Of a stretch of DNA of 64,000 nt, positions 25,227 through 38,072 are shown piece by piece; position 1 is the stretch's first letter; every line of letters starts with the position of its first letter. Location: contig NC_057737.1 in NCBI RefSeq assembly GCF_004010195.1, positions 14,128,511-14,192,510 on the forward strand, in the 5' to 3' direction. Made by a program: the position numbers and the translations under genes. This stretch comes from Chiloscyllium plagiosum. Lineage: Eukaryota. Under the pieces are notes generated by a model. That model did not search any database. It was not told the origin of the DNA and worked only from the letters and a program-made list of their open reading frames with translations.

Positions 25227-27239
25227 CTTATAACCAAGTTTGCAATGTCACAAAAATAGGTGGAAGGCAATTGGTGAAGATGACACAAAGGTCTGCAGAG
25301 GGATAGAGTCAGGTTAAGTGAGTGGTGAAAACCTTGACAGATGGAACATAACGTGGGAAAATGTGAGGTTAGAAGAATATTTATTCAAATGGAGATAAAC
25401 TGCAGAGAGCTACAGAACAAGGGAATTGTGAAGCCTTGTTCAAGGATCACAAAAAAGCTAGCATCCAAATTCAATGGGAATAGGGGAGGCACAGAGAATG
25501 TTGGGCCTTATTTCAAAGGGATTGGAATATAAAAGTAGAGCTGTTTTGTCAAAACTATATAAGGCACTAGTCAGACCACAGCTGGTGTACTGCATCCAGA
25601 GGTCTAGGGACTGCACTTAAGAGAAAATGTGAAGACATTACAAACAATGCAGAAGAGATTTAAGAGAAAGGTTCTAGGGTGAGGAATTTCAGATATGAAT
25701 ATAGATTGGAAGGACAGAACTATCTCTCCTTGAAGTAAAGAAAGCTATAAGGAGATCTGATTGAAGTTTTCAAAATAATGAGAAGTATGGACAGAATAAA
25801 TCTTCCCACTCTAAAGGATTGAAAACAAGAGAGCACAGGTTAAAAGAAGCAAAAGTGACATGAGGAAACTCTTTTTCACGCAGTAGTTGGCTACAACAGA
25901 TTACAACATGCACATAAAGGTATTTGTCACCACAGCCACCCAGCTGCATTGTAGGGCCATTTGGCTCAGCTAACTGGACAACCAGTGTGGTCAGGTTGGT
26001 GCCATTGGGATTTGATCCCTGTTCTCATTTTGTTGGATTCACGACCCTCCCCCTTGCCCTAGACATAGTGAAGGTGCTGTGGGTCAGACCTGCCTCAGGA
26101 TGAGAAGAGGTAAAAGCCTTGGTTGACCCACACTATGAACAGGTCTGGTCTCCATATTGTAAAAAGCATAACAAGGCATTAGGAATTGCAAAACAAAAAA
26201 TTGCTAGAATTAAACCAGAACTGAGAGTTTAGAGAGAAATGGCTGAGGTTCTTTCCTCTAGGAAAAACATGAAGTCATGACCTGATGAAGATCTTGAAAA
26301 CTGTGAAGGCGTGTGTTGGTGTGGTCGGCATGGACGGAAGGGTCTGTTTCCATGCTGTATAGCTTTGTGACTCTATGACTAAAGATTTAAACCACTGTGC
26401 GTAGCAACGTGAGGGCACTCTTGTAAAAGTACTTCATTGTCTGCGAGGTGTTCTGGCACACCCTTAAAAGTTCCAAAAGTCCCAGTGGAAAGCAGAAGTC
26501 TATTTCTCGCGTGAATAAATAAATGCTCTTTTGAGTGAGGTTATTCTTGACGTTTACGCTGTGCATGGAGCCAACTTATAGTCCTTGTGTTCAAGGCAGA
26601 TGGGAACAGTTGGTGAAAAAAATGGGGCGGGGGAGTATTGCTGACGAATATATTATTTCCTCACTCGATACAAACTGATTTCTAAAAAATATAACTAAAA
26701 TTCCAGTACTGGCCAATCGAATTTCAGTACCTCACTTTCAAGGGGACACTGGGATTCGGCTGTGAACTTTCACAAGGCGCCGCTCGGTGCATCACCGTTG
26801 GATAGACAAGTAGAGACATTAACAAAGTGATCACACACACACACACACCCCTGCAGAGAGCAACTGAAGCTCCGGGAGTGGCGCAAGCCAAACGCTCGCC
26901 CTTCCCACCAGGCATCGTCAATTTCCCTCAATCGAGGTACACAATCACTCATGTTTAGATGCAAAGACTGTGATAATAGAAACAGAGACCAGACAAAAGA
27001 CGGGTGGGTGAAGAGGGGTAGAAATCAACAAAACACACAGGTCTTGCTGGAGAAACTCAGCAGGTCTGGAAGCATCAGTGCAGAAAGCAATAGAGTTAAC
27101 ATGTCGAGCCTTCATAGGAAAGGGGTAGACATCATCCACTGCACCCATTCTAATCTTTCTTCTTTTTCTCCTCCTCCTGCTGTTACCGAGGTGCCATTCC
27201 CCCCCTGCTATCAGTGTGTATGTGTGTGTGTGTACCTTA

Positions 27240-27440
27240 AAACACTGTAGCCCAATCAGTAATGAGCAGCAGGGTTCCCTCAGCCCACTGCATTGTGGGC
27301 TGAAATAAGATGTGGGCACAATGAGGCCAGAGGAAAATGCACAGGCGGAGAGCACGGCCCGCGCCGAGCCAATGAACGTGGCAGGCGGCTCAGCCATTGC
27401 GGGGACTGGGCGGTATTTCAGGCAGGCAGGGAGGGGAGAG
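27240..27440 (+). promoter_or_regulatory. DYNLL2 promoter (CpG-rich)
   Basis: CCAAT at 27252-27256 and 27369-27373, GC box GGGCGG at 27408-27413, local CpG enrichment. Confidence 0.6.
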
Positions 27441-27444
27441 GAGG

Positions 27445-27559
27445 ACTGTCGCAAAAAAAACAGCGGATCGCATCAGGGAAAAGCGGTTACAGGGGAAAAA
27501 GGAGGTGGTAAAGCGAGCCGCTTTGCTTGGACATAGACTGGCAGATTAACATCTGGAAG
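27445..27559 (+). other. DYNLL2: Putative non-coding exon 1 of DYNLL2 (start approximate)
   Basis: Strong donor AAG|GTGAGA at 27559/27560 just downstream of the promoter; acceptor at 28689/28690 before the ATG. Confidence 0.6.
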
Positions 27560-28697
27560 GTGAGATCATCTCCTGCAAGGCTATATATATGTATGTATGT
27601 TTTTTTTAAAAATGTGATACCATCACGATTTTCAGTTACCTTTAAATGACCTAAGCTCTTTTTTTTCCCTTATAAAGTGGCTACGATTCCAAAGCATCAT
27701 TGCTAATGCATGTATTTGCTGCAGCTCCCATTCGGGATGGGGAAAATATAACATAACATTGTGTGTTTGGAAACCCAATTGGCTTTATATATGATTTTTT
27801 TTCAATCTGCGAATGACTGGTGCTTTTCTTTTGAAGGGGTGAACAGTATAAATTTAGTCGGAGTTGCATTCCTATAATTTGTAAAGTGGATGATTAGGCA
27901 GAACGTGATGGTGACTATGTTTTCGCGGATGTAAGGGGCTGATTTGGAATATCTGCAGAGATAAATGGGCTCCACCTTCAAACACATAGCCTAATCTCGA
28001 AATAATTAATCGGACCTTTTTTTTATAGCGGTGGATTTTCTTATGGTGGGAGGTGTGTCGGGAGAGAGGTGCGAGAGAATGGTGACCCTGCTGGGGAGGA
28101 GTTGATTGTCTCTAGTAATCTTAAAATGCTATATATTTCAAAAAGTCTGTTTGTACCCAAAGTGTTATTTCTGATGTTTTGCTCTCCCTTTTTTCATGTG
28201 CGTTCCCACCCCGATATTAATCTGTATCGAGACAGAATCTAGTTTTTTCATAGCTTGAAACGCCAAGTTTTTAAAGGGGGAAAAAAGGTAACGCTTCCTG
28301 TCATACCAGTGTAATTATTTTTCTATTTTTGTGTGTCTCTCTCTTTCTCTGTGCAAATGGAGGCTTTCCCGTCTCGACTTGCGTGTCTAATGGGGAGAGG
28401 GCGCTATAAATCCCAGATGAATGAGCTGCATCCGTGCAGAGTGCTCGTACTACTTAAATTCTTCCGCTCTTTCAAAGCGGGAAGTTTTAGGATGTGTTTT
28501 CGTGTCTGTGTTTTTTTTAAAATTCCGATTTAATGTTGGAAGTTCAACTACGATCCAGTCTTTATATCTGCTAGATGCACGTTCTTCTTGAAAGCCAACA
28601 GTCCCGTACGTAGCCTTTTATAATCGTGCTTTCAGATTAGTACAATTTTAAATCACGGTGTGCTGCTTTTTCTGTCTTCCCCTGTTAAGCAAGCACG

Positions 28698-28829
28698 ATG
28701 TCCGACAGGAAGGCTGTGATCAAAAATGCTGACATGTCTGAAGATATGCAGCAAGATGCAGTAGACTGTGCAACACAAGCCATGGAAAAGTACAACATTG
28801 AAAAGGACATTGCCGCCTTTATCAAAAAG
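28698..28829 (+). CDS. DYNLL2: Dynein light chain LC8-type 2, coding exon 1
   Basis: [44 protein letters not shown] with DYNLL2-type S2, D16, A21, D23 and M29. Donor AAG|GTAC. Adjacent to SRSF1. Confidence 0.96.
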
Positions 28830-29709
28830 GTACCTTGCGGTATACTTATTTTCTTTTCCGTTTTAACAATTGCTTTTAAATGGGTATAGCCTTCAGGTGA
28901 AGAGCTGGTTACCAAAACTCTGTGTGCAGGAGCCAGTTAACAATAACGTGCAGTTACCCTTGTGCTGTTGTAATGCAGCACCTGTATTGTTTATCGCTCC
29001 TCCTCTGCTTTTATTCCAATACAACATTCAACCATTTGAAATTGAATTCAAAATCATAAGATCAGACTTCACTCATGCTCTTCTGCAATAAAAGAACTTT
29101 GCCTGGCTTATCAGGATCTTGAGATAGAGTGAATATTGTGCAACTGTTGCAGGGTTTTATCCTTGACGTTTAGTGTCAGATAATTGTGTCGAGGTCCACA
29201 AAATCAGCATCTTCTAAAGGAATGTGGAGTGTGCTTGTATAGTGTAACTTAAAATCACCTGGGAAAACTAATATTGGAGCAGAAAAGGCCTCTGCCAAAC
29301 ACAAACCATGGACTTCGTACCCTGAATGAACAATAGGGGAAATTTTGTGAAGTCTTAAGACAGCGTGTACATTTTATACTTTTTAAATTCTTAATCAAGT
29401 CATGCTAGTTTAGCTCCATATAGTCTAAAAACCCTCATTTCAATTGAAATGTCTCTCTTCTTCTTCTTCTTCCAAAGATGGGTAATATATAACCAAATCT
29501 AATTTACTTTTACCCCAGAATTTTTTTCATTACAACCCCCTTTCACTAAACCTGGGACTCCATTGATTTGTATCTCTAGCACTGTACTATTTCAATTTTT
29601 TAACTTTACTAACTGTTGGTTTAAACAAAAATAAACATTTGTATTCGGGATTGACCTATACTGATGTGGGAAGATGTTCGTGTTTTTTTTTCAATGAATG
29701 AATGATTGA

Positions 29710-29871
<162 letters not shown>

Positions 29872-30985
29872 AAGGAGAAAGGGGTTTAAAAAATGAACTA
29901 ATGCACTGACGGCTGGAGCCACAGTCCCTTTAATGGCTAAACAGCTGCATGGACTTTATCTTGTGTATATGTAGCAGTAAACTTGCTTTAGTTGCCCAGA
30001 AAGGTTTTCTTTTCTTTGTATTCGATTTGAAATGGATAAATGCTTAACAGTGGCCTTTAAAAGAATAAACTGGAATGGTTTTACTTGAAGATTGGATCAC
30101 TGGACTTCTCTTCAGAAGCAAAGGTTTTTTTCAATTCAACCCCAATCCTATTTTTCTCCAATTCTTTCTATTTGGAAGAGAGGGCAGTTGTACTGGAGAT
30201 GTTGGGTGTATTGGCTTTCTTTTTTTAAGCTATATTTCTTTAATAGCAAAATTGCTATTGCATTGAATTCCATCAGCAACATGTTCCTTTTTTTTTAAAA
30301 TAAAAAGGTAATTTGAATTTGATTCACCACTGTTCTGAGGCTAAGTAAGACTTTATTTAAAAATCCGCTACATAGAAACATGAAATTGTTGGATTACCAG
30401 AATGACAAGGAAGGCTTGATTGCACCTTAAGCAGGGCAAAACAGTGTGTTTTCCCCCTTGTGCTGTAATCTGCCAAGAGTGGAGAAACTTTCAATACTTA
30501 TAATTCTGTGCAAGGTCATCATCAAACCAGCAACAGCTGAAGTTGCTCTGACTTGCTGTAAAATGTACAGATGCTACCAGGCAGTTTGTACATGATCATG
30601 TGTTTTTTTTTGTTTGCATGTTTTCCAAAGTGTCTGTAACATGGTGTCTTTTTATTTTCAAAACCTATCCCTTACAAAAACCATTTTAAACCTTTATAAG
30701 CTATCCTTATTATTATAAGCAAACTATATACTTTAAAGGTGCTTATATTGATTTTTTTTTTCTAGTCTTCCCAAATGATGTCAAACAAATCTAAACTGCT
30801 GAGAATTTTGATCCCCACTTTTTTTCCCAGCCCCCCCCTCCATACCTGTACTTGTGTATGTACTTAGACTACATAGCTTGTGATTAAAGCATGGAATAGC
30901 TTCACTCCTTGTTCATAATCTGTCAATGAGCTAACTGTTAATGTAATTGCCAATAAATGGAAAGTGTCAGACTTCTGTCAATTAT
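29872..30985 (+). other. DYNLL2: DYNLL2 3' UTR with candidate poly(A) signals
   Basis: Repeat-free, U-rich sequence. AATAAA at 30064, 30299 and 30952; the last is followed by a GT/T-rich tract. Confidence 0.55.
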
Positions 30986-33908
30986 GAAAGCTGTCTTGAT
31001 GTTTTTCTTTGATCATGAAGGGCTTGAATGTGCAAACGAGTGCATTGTTGCTTTTTGCTCATTGGAATGACAACTGTATCTGGATACCATCTTATGAATG
31101 AGCTGCCCTTTGGACTGTGCTGAATTCTATGCCATATAGTAACTCTTTATCCATTTGTATTAAATTTAACAACTGAGCACAAGTGGACCATTGTGCTTGT
31201 ACCTAGGTTTTGAGTAAAGCTCTCTTCTAACTTAGTTTATAAACTAATATTTTTGTGTGTATGCTCCTTTTTAAGGCCTTTTATTGTGCAATTGGATTTT
31301 TTTGGATCATCTTGGTGATGTAACTCAATGTACTTTGAAGGAAAGCAGTAGCTGAAGGACTAGCCTCAAAGCCTTTTTTTTTAAATATTTAAAAAAAAAA
31401 GTTATTCACTTGTCCATACGAATAGAGCAAAGAAAATAAGTTAAACTCCTAACTTTTTTTCTATAGTCTTTCCAATATACTGACTGGAGCATGACTTCCA
31501 AAGCTTTGGGTCAAAGAATCAAGATAACATTGAACACGTCCTGTCAATCTAATTGGTTTTGAGTGATTCTTAAATATTGTTCAAACAATGACCAGCTTTG
31601 CAAAGAAAAGGAAAAACAAAATTCTACATCCTGAGAATAGAAATTAAGGTTTGCAGGAAGGAGGGTGATAAGAGAAAGAAGACCACATTGTTTGATGCTA
31701 TCATGCTTAGTTTGTACTATTTAGGAAACTTCTTTAAAACTACATTGTTCAGTAGCAGCTAGGACTAATGGTGAGTGTTTTTCTTTCATTTGGGGTTCAG
31801 GAGAAGGAGTTTTGTTTTGGTTTTTAACAAAAGTTTATGAATTTGCATTTGAGAACTAGTTTAATAATTAGCCAGTTAATAACAAATCTTAATTGCACTA
31901 ACAAACTAGCTTTCTTTATATTGGTGTTTCTGCACTGCAAAGGCACAATTACCCGAGTGCTGTAGTGAGTTTGTTTGAATGTAGAAATCCCATTGAAATA
32001 AAAATGGAGTGGACCATATGGGCAAAAGTACTTCAGTTTTCTGTCCTATAACTGTTGGAGGAAGTAATTTGGTCCTTCAAACCTACAGGAGCAATACCAA
32101 CTTTATATCTCACCTTCTGCCATTACAGTTCTTAATTCCCATAATACCTAAAATGATCACAGTAGAAAAGTGGCCTTTCAAAAGGCTGAGGTAATTAGGA
32201 CTTTTCTGTTTATAATATAAACCAGAATAACCTACCATACCCAATGGCCATCATCACTGTCCTAGGGATGGCTGAGGTTTGGAGCAACCATGATCTACTT
32301 CAATGATAGTAAGTAGAAAGAGCTACATAACCTGCTCCTATTGCTCTATATGGCAATGTTCTTCACCATTGAGGAAACTAGATGTGGATTTCAATGTTTA
32401 GTGGTACTACTGCTGTCCAAGTCATGCAGATGTGGTGCTAGACTCAAACAAATTCTCAGCATATGAATGTAGTTTACTTCACTTAATGCCCTTAGTGAAA
32501 GTCCAGATCTTCATGGAAAAACTGGCCACCTTGGATTAATGGATCAGCACAAGAAGTGTATGCCACTATCAGTTTTAACAGCTTGGCACAATCTTGTTTT
32601 GGTTTATAAGCAAGGCAGGAAATAGTGTTTCAGAATGGAAGGATATGCTAGTTATACTGAAAATAATCTTGCAATATTATTTAGAAAGCCATTAGTCACC
32701 AGAAGTAGCATGTTGTAAACAGCTTTAGGATTCTAAAGTTTGCTGTATACCTTTTTGGTCCAATCGTGTTTAGGTTAAAAATGGCAGTTGGCATAGAGCT
32801 GAACATGCATGAATATTCATAGCCTCAACCAATGTGGCACTCTGGGAGTGAAAGACAAAGATGAAATGATTCTAACTGTTTTGAACCAGAAAGACAGCGT
32901 GTGTGGTCCCTTTCAGCCTCATCCCAATGACTTGTCATCCATATCATAATGTTATAAATGCAACATTAAGTGCAGTCACTAATGTTGACAATCCACACAG
33001 AAATAACCACTCTTTCGGTTTACTGACAATATGGATGATTGACCAGTTATATACTTTGTTTTAAAAAGGAAAATTTAATCTAATCCACTAAATTATTGCC
33101 ATATCAGCCTCCTCTCTGTCTTCAGTCCAATAGGGAAAGGGGTCATCAATAGTTTGGATGATTTAATGGTGAAATCAGGTTCATTAATACAGCTTAGCTC
33201 TAGATGTCATCACAGTCTTGATCCAGCACTGTGAGCTGAATGCTAATATTGAGGTTAGAGTACTTGCCCTTGACTTTAAGACAGGATTCAACCAGCTATG
33301 GCACCAAGCAAAACAATTCAATAGGGCCAAATCCTCCACTGGCTACAAAAAGGACATGTCAAACAGGAAGATGGTATTGCAGCCCCAGACCACGATGTAT
33401 CCAGATTTGATTCATCAATGACCATCACTCAGTTGTGAGGTCGGAAGTGGTGTGTGCTGATGAGTCCACAAGTGTTCAACTGCATCCGCACCTCTTTCAA
33501 AAATGAAGTAATCCTTGTCAGCAGGACATGGATAATGAGTTAATCAAAAGAAGTTCCAGACATTTCTCCATGACCTTCAATGACACAACCATCACAAAGG
33601 CTTCTACTGTTATCAGAGATCACCAAAATCTGGATGTTCACAATGAATGATTCACCTCCGAACTTATAAATCCCTACATACCATCTGTGAGATTTAATGC
33701 CCACCTGGAAAAATGCAGCATCAGCTATGTTGAAGGTGTTTGACATAATTCAGTGTATTTAAGGCACCCCGGTCACCTTCATTTATATGCATCCCTCTTA
33801 CCACTTGGTGTACTGTGGCTAGAGTTCCTAAGTCTGGCAAGGTTCACTGCAGCAATATAACAAAGCTTCTTTGACAGTATCTCCCTTCCCTGCAGCCTTG
33901 ACTACTGA

Positions 33909-34183
33909 GAATCATAGAATCCCTACAGTGTGGAAGCAGACCTTTTGGCCCATCAAGTCCATACCGACCTTCCGAAGAGGAGCATGTCACCCCTTTATCC
34001 TATTCCTGTAACCCTGCATTCCCCATGGCTCATCCACTTAACCTACACATCTTTGGTCTGTGGGAGGAAACCCACACAGACATGAGAATATGCAAACTCC
34101 ACACAAACAGTTGGCTGAAGTTGGAATTGAACCCTGGTCCCTGGTGTTGAGGCAGCAGTGCTAACCACAGTCACTGTACTACC
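33909..34183 (-). mobile_element. tRNA-derived V-SINE (HE1-like)
   Basis: Reverse complement of the SINE at 24918; same family as 55537-55843; tRNA-like head. Confidence 0.75.
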
Positions 34184-34907
34184 CAAAAAGTACCAAAGCA
34201 TCAATCTCATGAGAAAACCATAACTTTTAAATTCTTCAATTCACATGCTACCTGGAAATGGCCAGAAATCATACTCCTTCGATTTCCAATGCACCATCAT
34301 TAGGACTGCTGTCTTTGAGAAGAAGGCCTCACATGTAACACCAACCTCACCCTAGGACAACGGGATGGGAAATTAATATTGCCTTGTCATTGTCATTCAG
34401 AAACTTGGAAAAATATAGTAAGATCTTTAGGTCATTTCAGAACTCCGATGCTTTTGTACACAAACAATACTACAAAGTGTAGAGATAAGCCAAAGAGACC
34501 AGATAGGACAAAAATAAAATTCTTGGGTTGCTGGAAGCCAGAAATCAAAACAGAAAATGCCTGGCATTCTCCTGTCAAGAGAGAAACAGATTTAATGTTG
34601 CAGGTTAATGACCTTTGGTCAGAATTAGACTAGGTTACATTCTAGCTTCTAGGTTCAATCATCATTCTCTGTGGTTCTCAGCCAGGGAGGAAGCAGGAAT
34701 GCTAAAATCAATTTCTGCATCCCTGAGTTGTAGAGAGGAGTTAGGCTCATTCATATCTATCAAATCATCACAGTTGAAAGACATAGACAATGAATAAAAA
34801 CTAGATTCAGCTCATTTGAACTTGCATTATTTTTCCTATAGTTCATGATGTCCTTAAGAGAATGTCAGAAGTCACACAACACCAGGTTATAACAGGTTTA
34901 TTTGCAG

Positions 34908-34944
34908 TCACAAGCTTTCGGAGCGCTGCTCCTTCATCAGGTGA
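34908..34944 (-). ncRNA. Hammerhead ribozyme motif, intact-looking (tandem copy 1)
   Basis: TCAC-CTGATGA-A-GGAGC-AGC-GCTCC-GAAA-GCTT-GTGA: helix I TCAC/GTGA, 5-bp helix II, palindromic AAGCTT helix III, CUU triplet. Confidence 0.8.
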
Positions 34945-35365
34945 AGTGAAGAGAAGCACACAGGCACAGAATTTATAGGCAGAGTTCAAAAGATGGTACA
35001 AATGATGTGAGTGGAGTGTTGATAGACTAAATAGCAAGTCGCTGCAAGTGATCAAAATGTCAGATGGTGTGAGTAAAATGTAAACAGCTGAATTGCAAGT
35101 GAAGGGATGACCTATGATCCGATTAATTGAGGCAGAGAGATAATTACGAAAAAATTAAAAATAAGGTGGTGCTTAAGAGAACAACATTTATCATCCTTAT
35201 CAGGTATGGCCTACATATGGCTCCAGGCGCACAACTTTGTGGTTAAATCATATCTGTCCTCTGAAACATCCTAGAAAGCTTTACAATTTCATAGTAGTGG
35301 ATAATAAGTGCTGGGCTTGCCATCAGAAGTCACACAACACCAGGTTATAACAGGTTTATTTGCAG

Positions 35366-35402
35366 TCACAAGCTTTCGGAGCGCTGCTCCTTCATCAGGT
35401 GA
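35366..35402 (-). ncRNA. Hammerhead ribozyme motif, intact-looking (tandem copy 2)
   Basis: Identical to copy 1, 458 nt away. Confidence 0.8.
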
Positions 35403-36996
35403 AGTGAAGAGAAGCACACAGGCACAGAATTTATAGGCAGAGTTCAAAAGATGGTACAAATGATGTGAGTGGAGTGTTGATAGACTAAATAGCAAGTTGC
35501 TGCAAGTGATCAAAAATGTCAGACGGTGTGAGTAAAATGTAAACAGCTGAATAGCAAGTGAAGGGATGACCTATGATCCGATTAATTAAGGCAGAGAGAT
35601 AATTACGAAAAAATTAAAAATAAGATGGTGCTTAAGAGAACAACATTTATCATCCTTATCAGGTATGGCCTACATATGGCTCCAGGCACACAACTTTGTG
35701 GTTAAATCATATCTGCCCTCTGAAACATCCTAGAAAGCTTTACAATTTCATAGTAGTGGATAATAAGTGCTGGGCTTGCCAGTGACACTCACATCCTGTG
35801 AATAAATTATTTTTAAAAAGTACTGATGCCAATATAACGACACCCCAGCAAGATTAAAGGCATTCAAAACTGGAATGGTGAAAATTGTGCTTTCTATGCC
35901 CAACTTTTCCATAATTATTTTTCCTATTTTTAAGGTAATGAGGCTCTAATGCTTGGCTATAGTATGCAGGGAATAGGTCAGCCTCTAGTGATGGACTTCA
36001 TCCAAGTTGCTGATCTTCAATATGTGAGCATTGATGATGAATGTTAATGGAAATCAGCAGGATATTCAATAGTGAAGGCATCGTTACTAAGGCAGATTCT
36101 GTTTTAATTCAAAGTCCATTATGATGTACTGCTAAGAATGAGTTCTTGAATACAATTAGGAACAAAATCTGTGGTCTGTTTTTCCTTATTCTGTGTGGAT
36201 CAGCTACTGGAGCAGAGATTAGGGTTCGTTGCTGGTCTGCCTGATTCAGATACTTAGGAGATTAACTTGGTAAGCCTGTTTGGATCTTATTTGCTATAAA
36301 ATTATTAAATGATTCTCTTTCACAAAAAACGACCTTAAAATTACTCAGGCCTCTTGGTGCCACGCTCAGTCAAATGCACTTGATGCAAAGGCTGTTCTTA
36401 CCTCACCCTTGGAATTCAGTTGTGTTGACCCATTCTGGACTCAGGCTGTAACTGCTTTGGAGTTGAGTGGCTTTGGTAGAACCCAAATGGAATATTGCTG
36501 AACAAAATGCTACTTGATAAAATATTGATTACACCTTCCATTAAAATACTGTTAATTGATCCTACCTGCCTGGTAGTGTGTCAAAATATTGATTAAACTA
36601 ACTATACCTTGGAAGTTTTCATTTTCTTTCAGCTAAGTGTTGTATAGCTCTAGTGGAACAGCTTAGCTAGTTCTGGAGCATCAGTATTCAGCACTGCACC
36701 TGGGATGTTATTGGGGCCCATAGCCTTTACTGCATTTGTATACTTTGCCATTTTTTAATACTACATGTAGTGAGAGAAACTGACTGAAGACAGGCATCTG
36801 TGATTGTGGAGTTCTCAGGAAGAGACCAAGATGGATCAATTACTCATTGCTTCTGACTGAAAGTGGTTACAAACACTTCAGACTTGCCTTTTACGCTTAC
36901 ACGATACCCTCACCATTGTTGAACATGGGGAAATTCAGAGTCTCCTCCTCTCATTGACTGTTTAATTGTCCATCACCATTAATAACCAGAAATGGT

Positions 36997-38072
36997 GGCA
37001 GCGGGCCGTGGAGGGGGTCGTTAGGGCCGAAAAAAAAAGAAAAGAAAAAAAAAAAAACAAAAAAATAAAATAAATAAATAAATAAAAGAGCTCCTAACCG
37101 GAAAGTGGGTAGGGGCGGGCTGCCTTAGAGTGGTTGGAAGGTGGGAGAAAAAAAAAAAGAAAAGAAAAAAAAAATAAACAGGGGTGTTTGCCATCGGGCG
37201 GTGGGGATCCCCAGTGGAGGGCTCTCTATGCGGGAGTCCTCCCCCTTTCTCTCGGGGATCTGGGGTGGAGGGTGCTGCACGCAGCAGTCCCCTGCAACCG
37301 CAGATTGCGGTGGTTCACGGACTCCCAGCCCAACTGCTTGTTCTGTGGTGCTGTGGAGTCCGTGGACCACGTGTATATGGGGTGTGGGCGTTTGCACTCC
37401 CTTTTTGATTTCCTGAAAAACCTTCTCCTCTGTTTTTGGCTGCACTTCAGTCCCACGCTCCTGATCTTTGGGCACCCGGTACAGAGGGAGGAGGGCAGGT
37501 CTGAAGACCTCCTCGTGGGTCTGCTCCTGGGCCTGGCCAAACTGGCCATCAACAGGTCCAGGCAGCGGGCAGTGGAGGGGGACGTTAGGGCCGACTGCCT
37601 GCCCCTCTTCCGCGGTTACGTTAGAGCCCGGGTGTCCTTGGAGAAGGAGCACGCGGTGTCCACCAACACCCTGGAGTTGTTCAGGGAGAGGTGGGCGCCA
37701 CAGGGAGTGGAGTGCATCATTTCTCCCTCCAATTCTATTTTGATTTAGTCCCTACCCTCCCCTTCACTGTTTTGATCACACAGCACTGTCCCTTGATGTG
37801 AAGGGCAGTGCCTGTCACTGGCCACCCGGGTGTTTTCCTATCTTCCTGGTGGTGGAAATTGAATAAAGATTCGTGCACTTTGTCTTTCAGTGTGTCTCGC
37901 ACCTGCGCACACACACACACACCATGGGTTCTGGGGATAAAATAAGCACTACCGCACTTAGGTGGTAGTGTGGAATAAAAAAAATAAAAAAAAAAAAGAA
38001 ATAAAAGAAAAAAAATAAAAGAAGGGAGCCAATTGAATAAAGATTTGTGCACTTTGTGTCTCTAAAAAGAAA
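36997..38072 (+). mobile_element. Tx1/L1-clade non-LTR retrotransposon, 5'-truncated composite insertion
   Basis: Open ORF2 C-terminus (to 37748) with CCHC motif CLFCGAVESVDHVYMGC and DLGWRVLH. AATAAA plus A-tails. 16-bp TSD AATAACCAGAAATGGT at 36981-36996 and 38073-38088. Confidence 0.85.

Larger units (their letters stand above)
22830..25880 (+). mobile_element. Older CR1-type LINE, fragmented, with a nested younger CR1 and a SINE
   Basis: SQHGFMKVKSCLTILLEFF and YLDLKKVFDKV; many stop codons. Confidence 0.7.
34865..35781. repeat. Direct tandem duplication, 458/459-bp unit (Penelope-like pLTR piece plus about 150 bp of flank)
   Basis: 34865-35322 versus 35323-35781; about 7 substitutions and one 1-nt indel by eye. 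Confidence 0.95.

Noticed and set aside
28405-28411. TATA box suggesting an alternative DYNLL2 promoter in intron 1
   Set aside because: An isolated motif with no convincing downstream donor; not supportable without transcript data.
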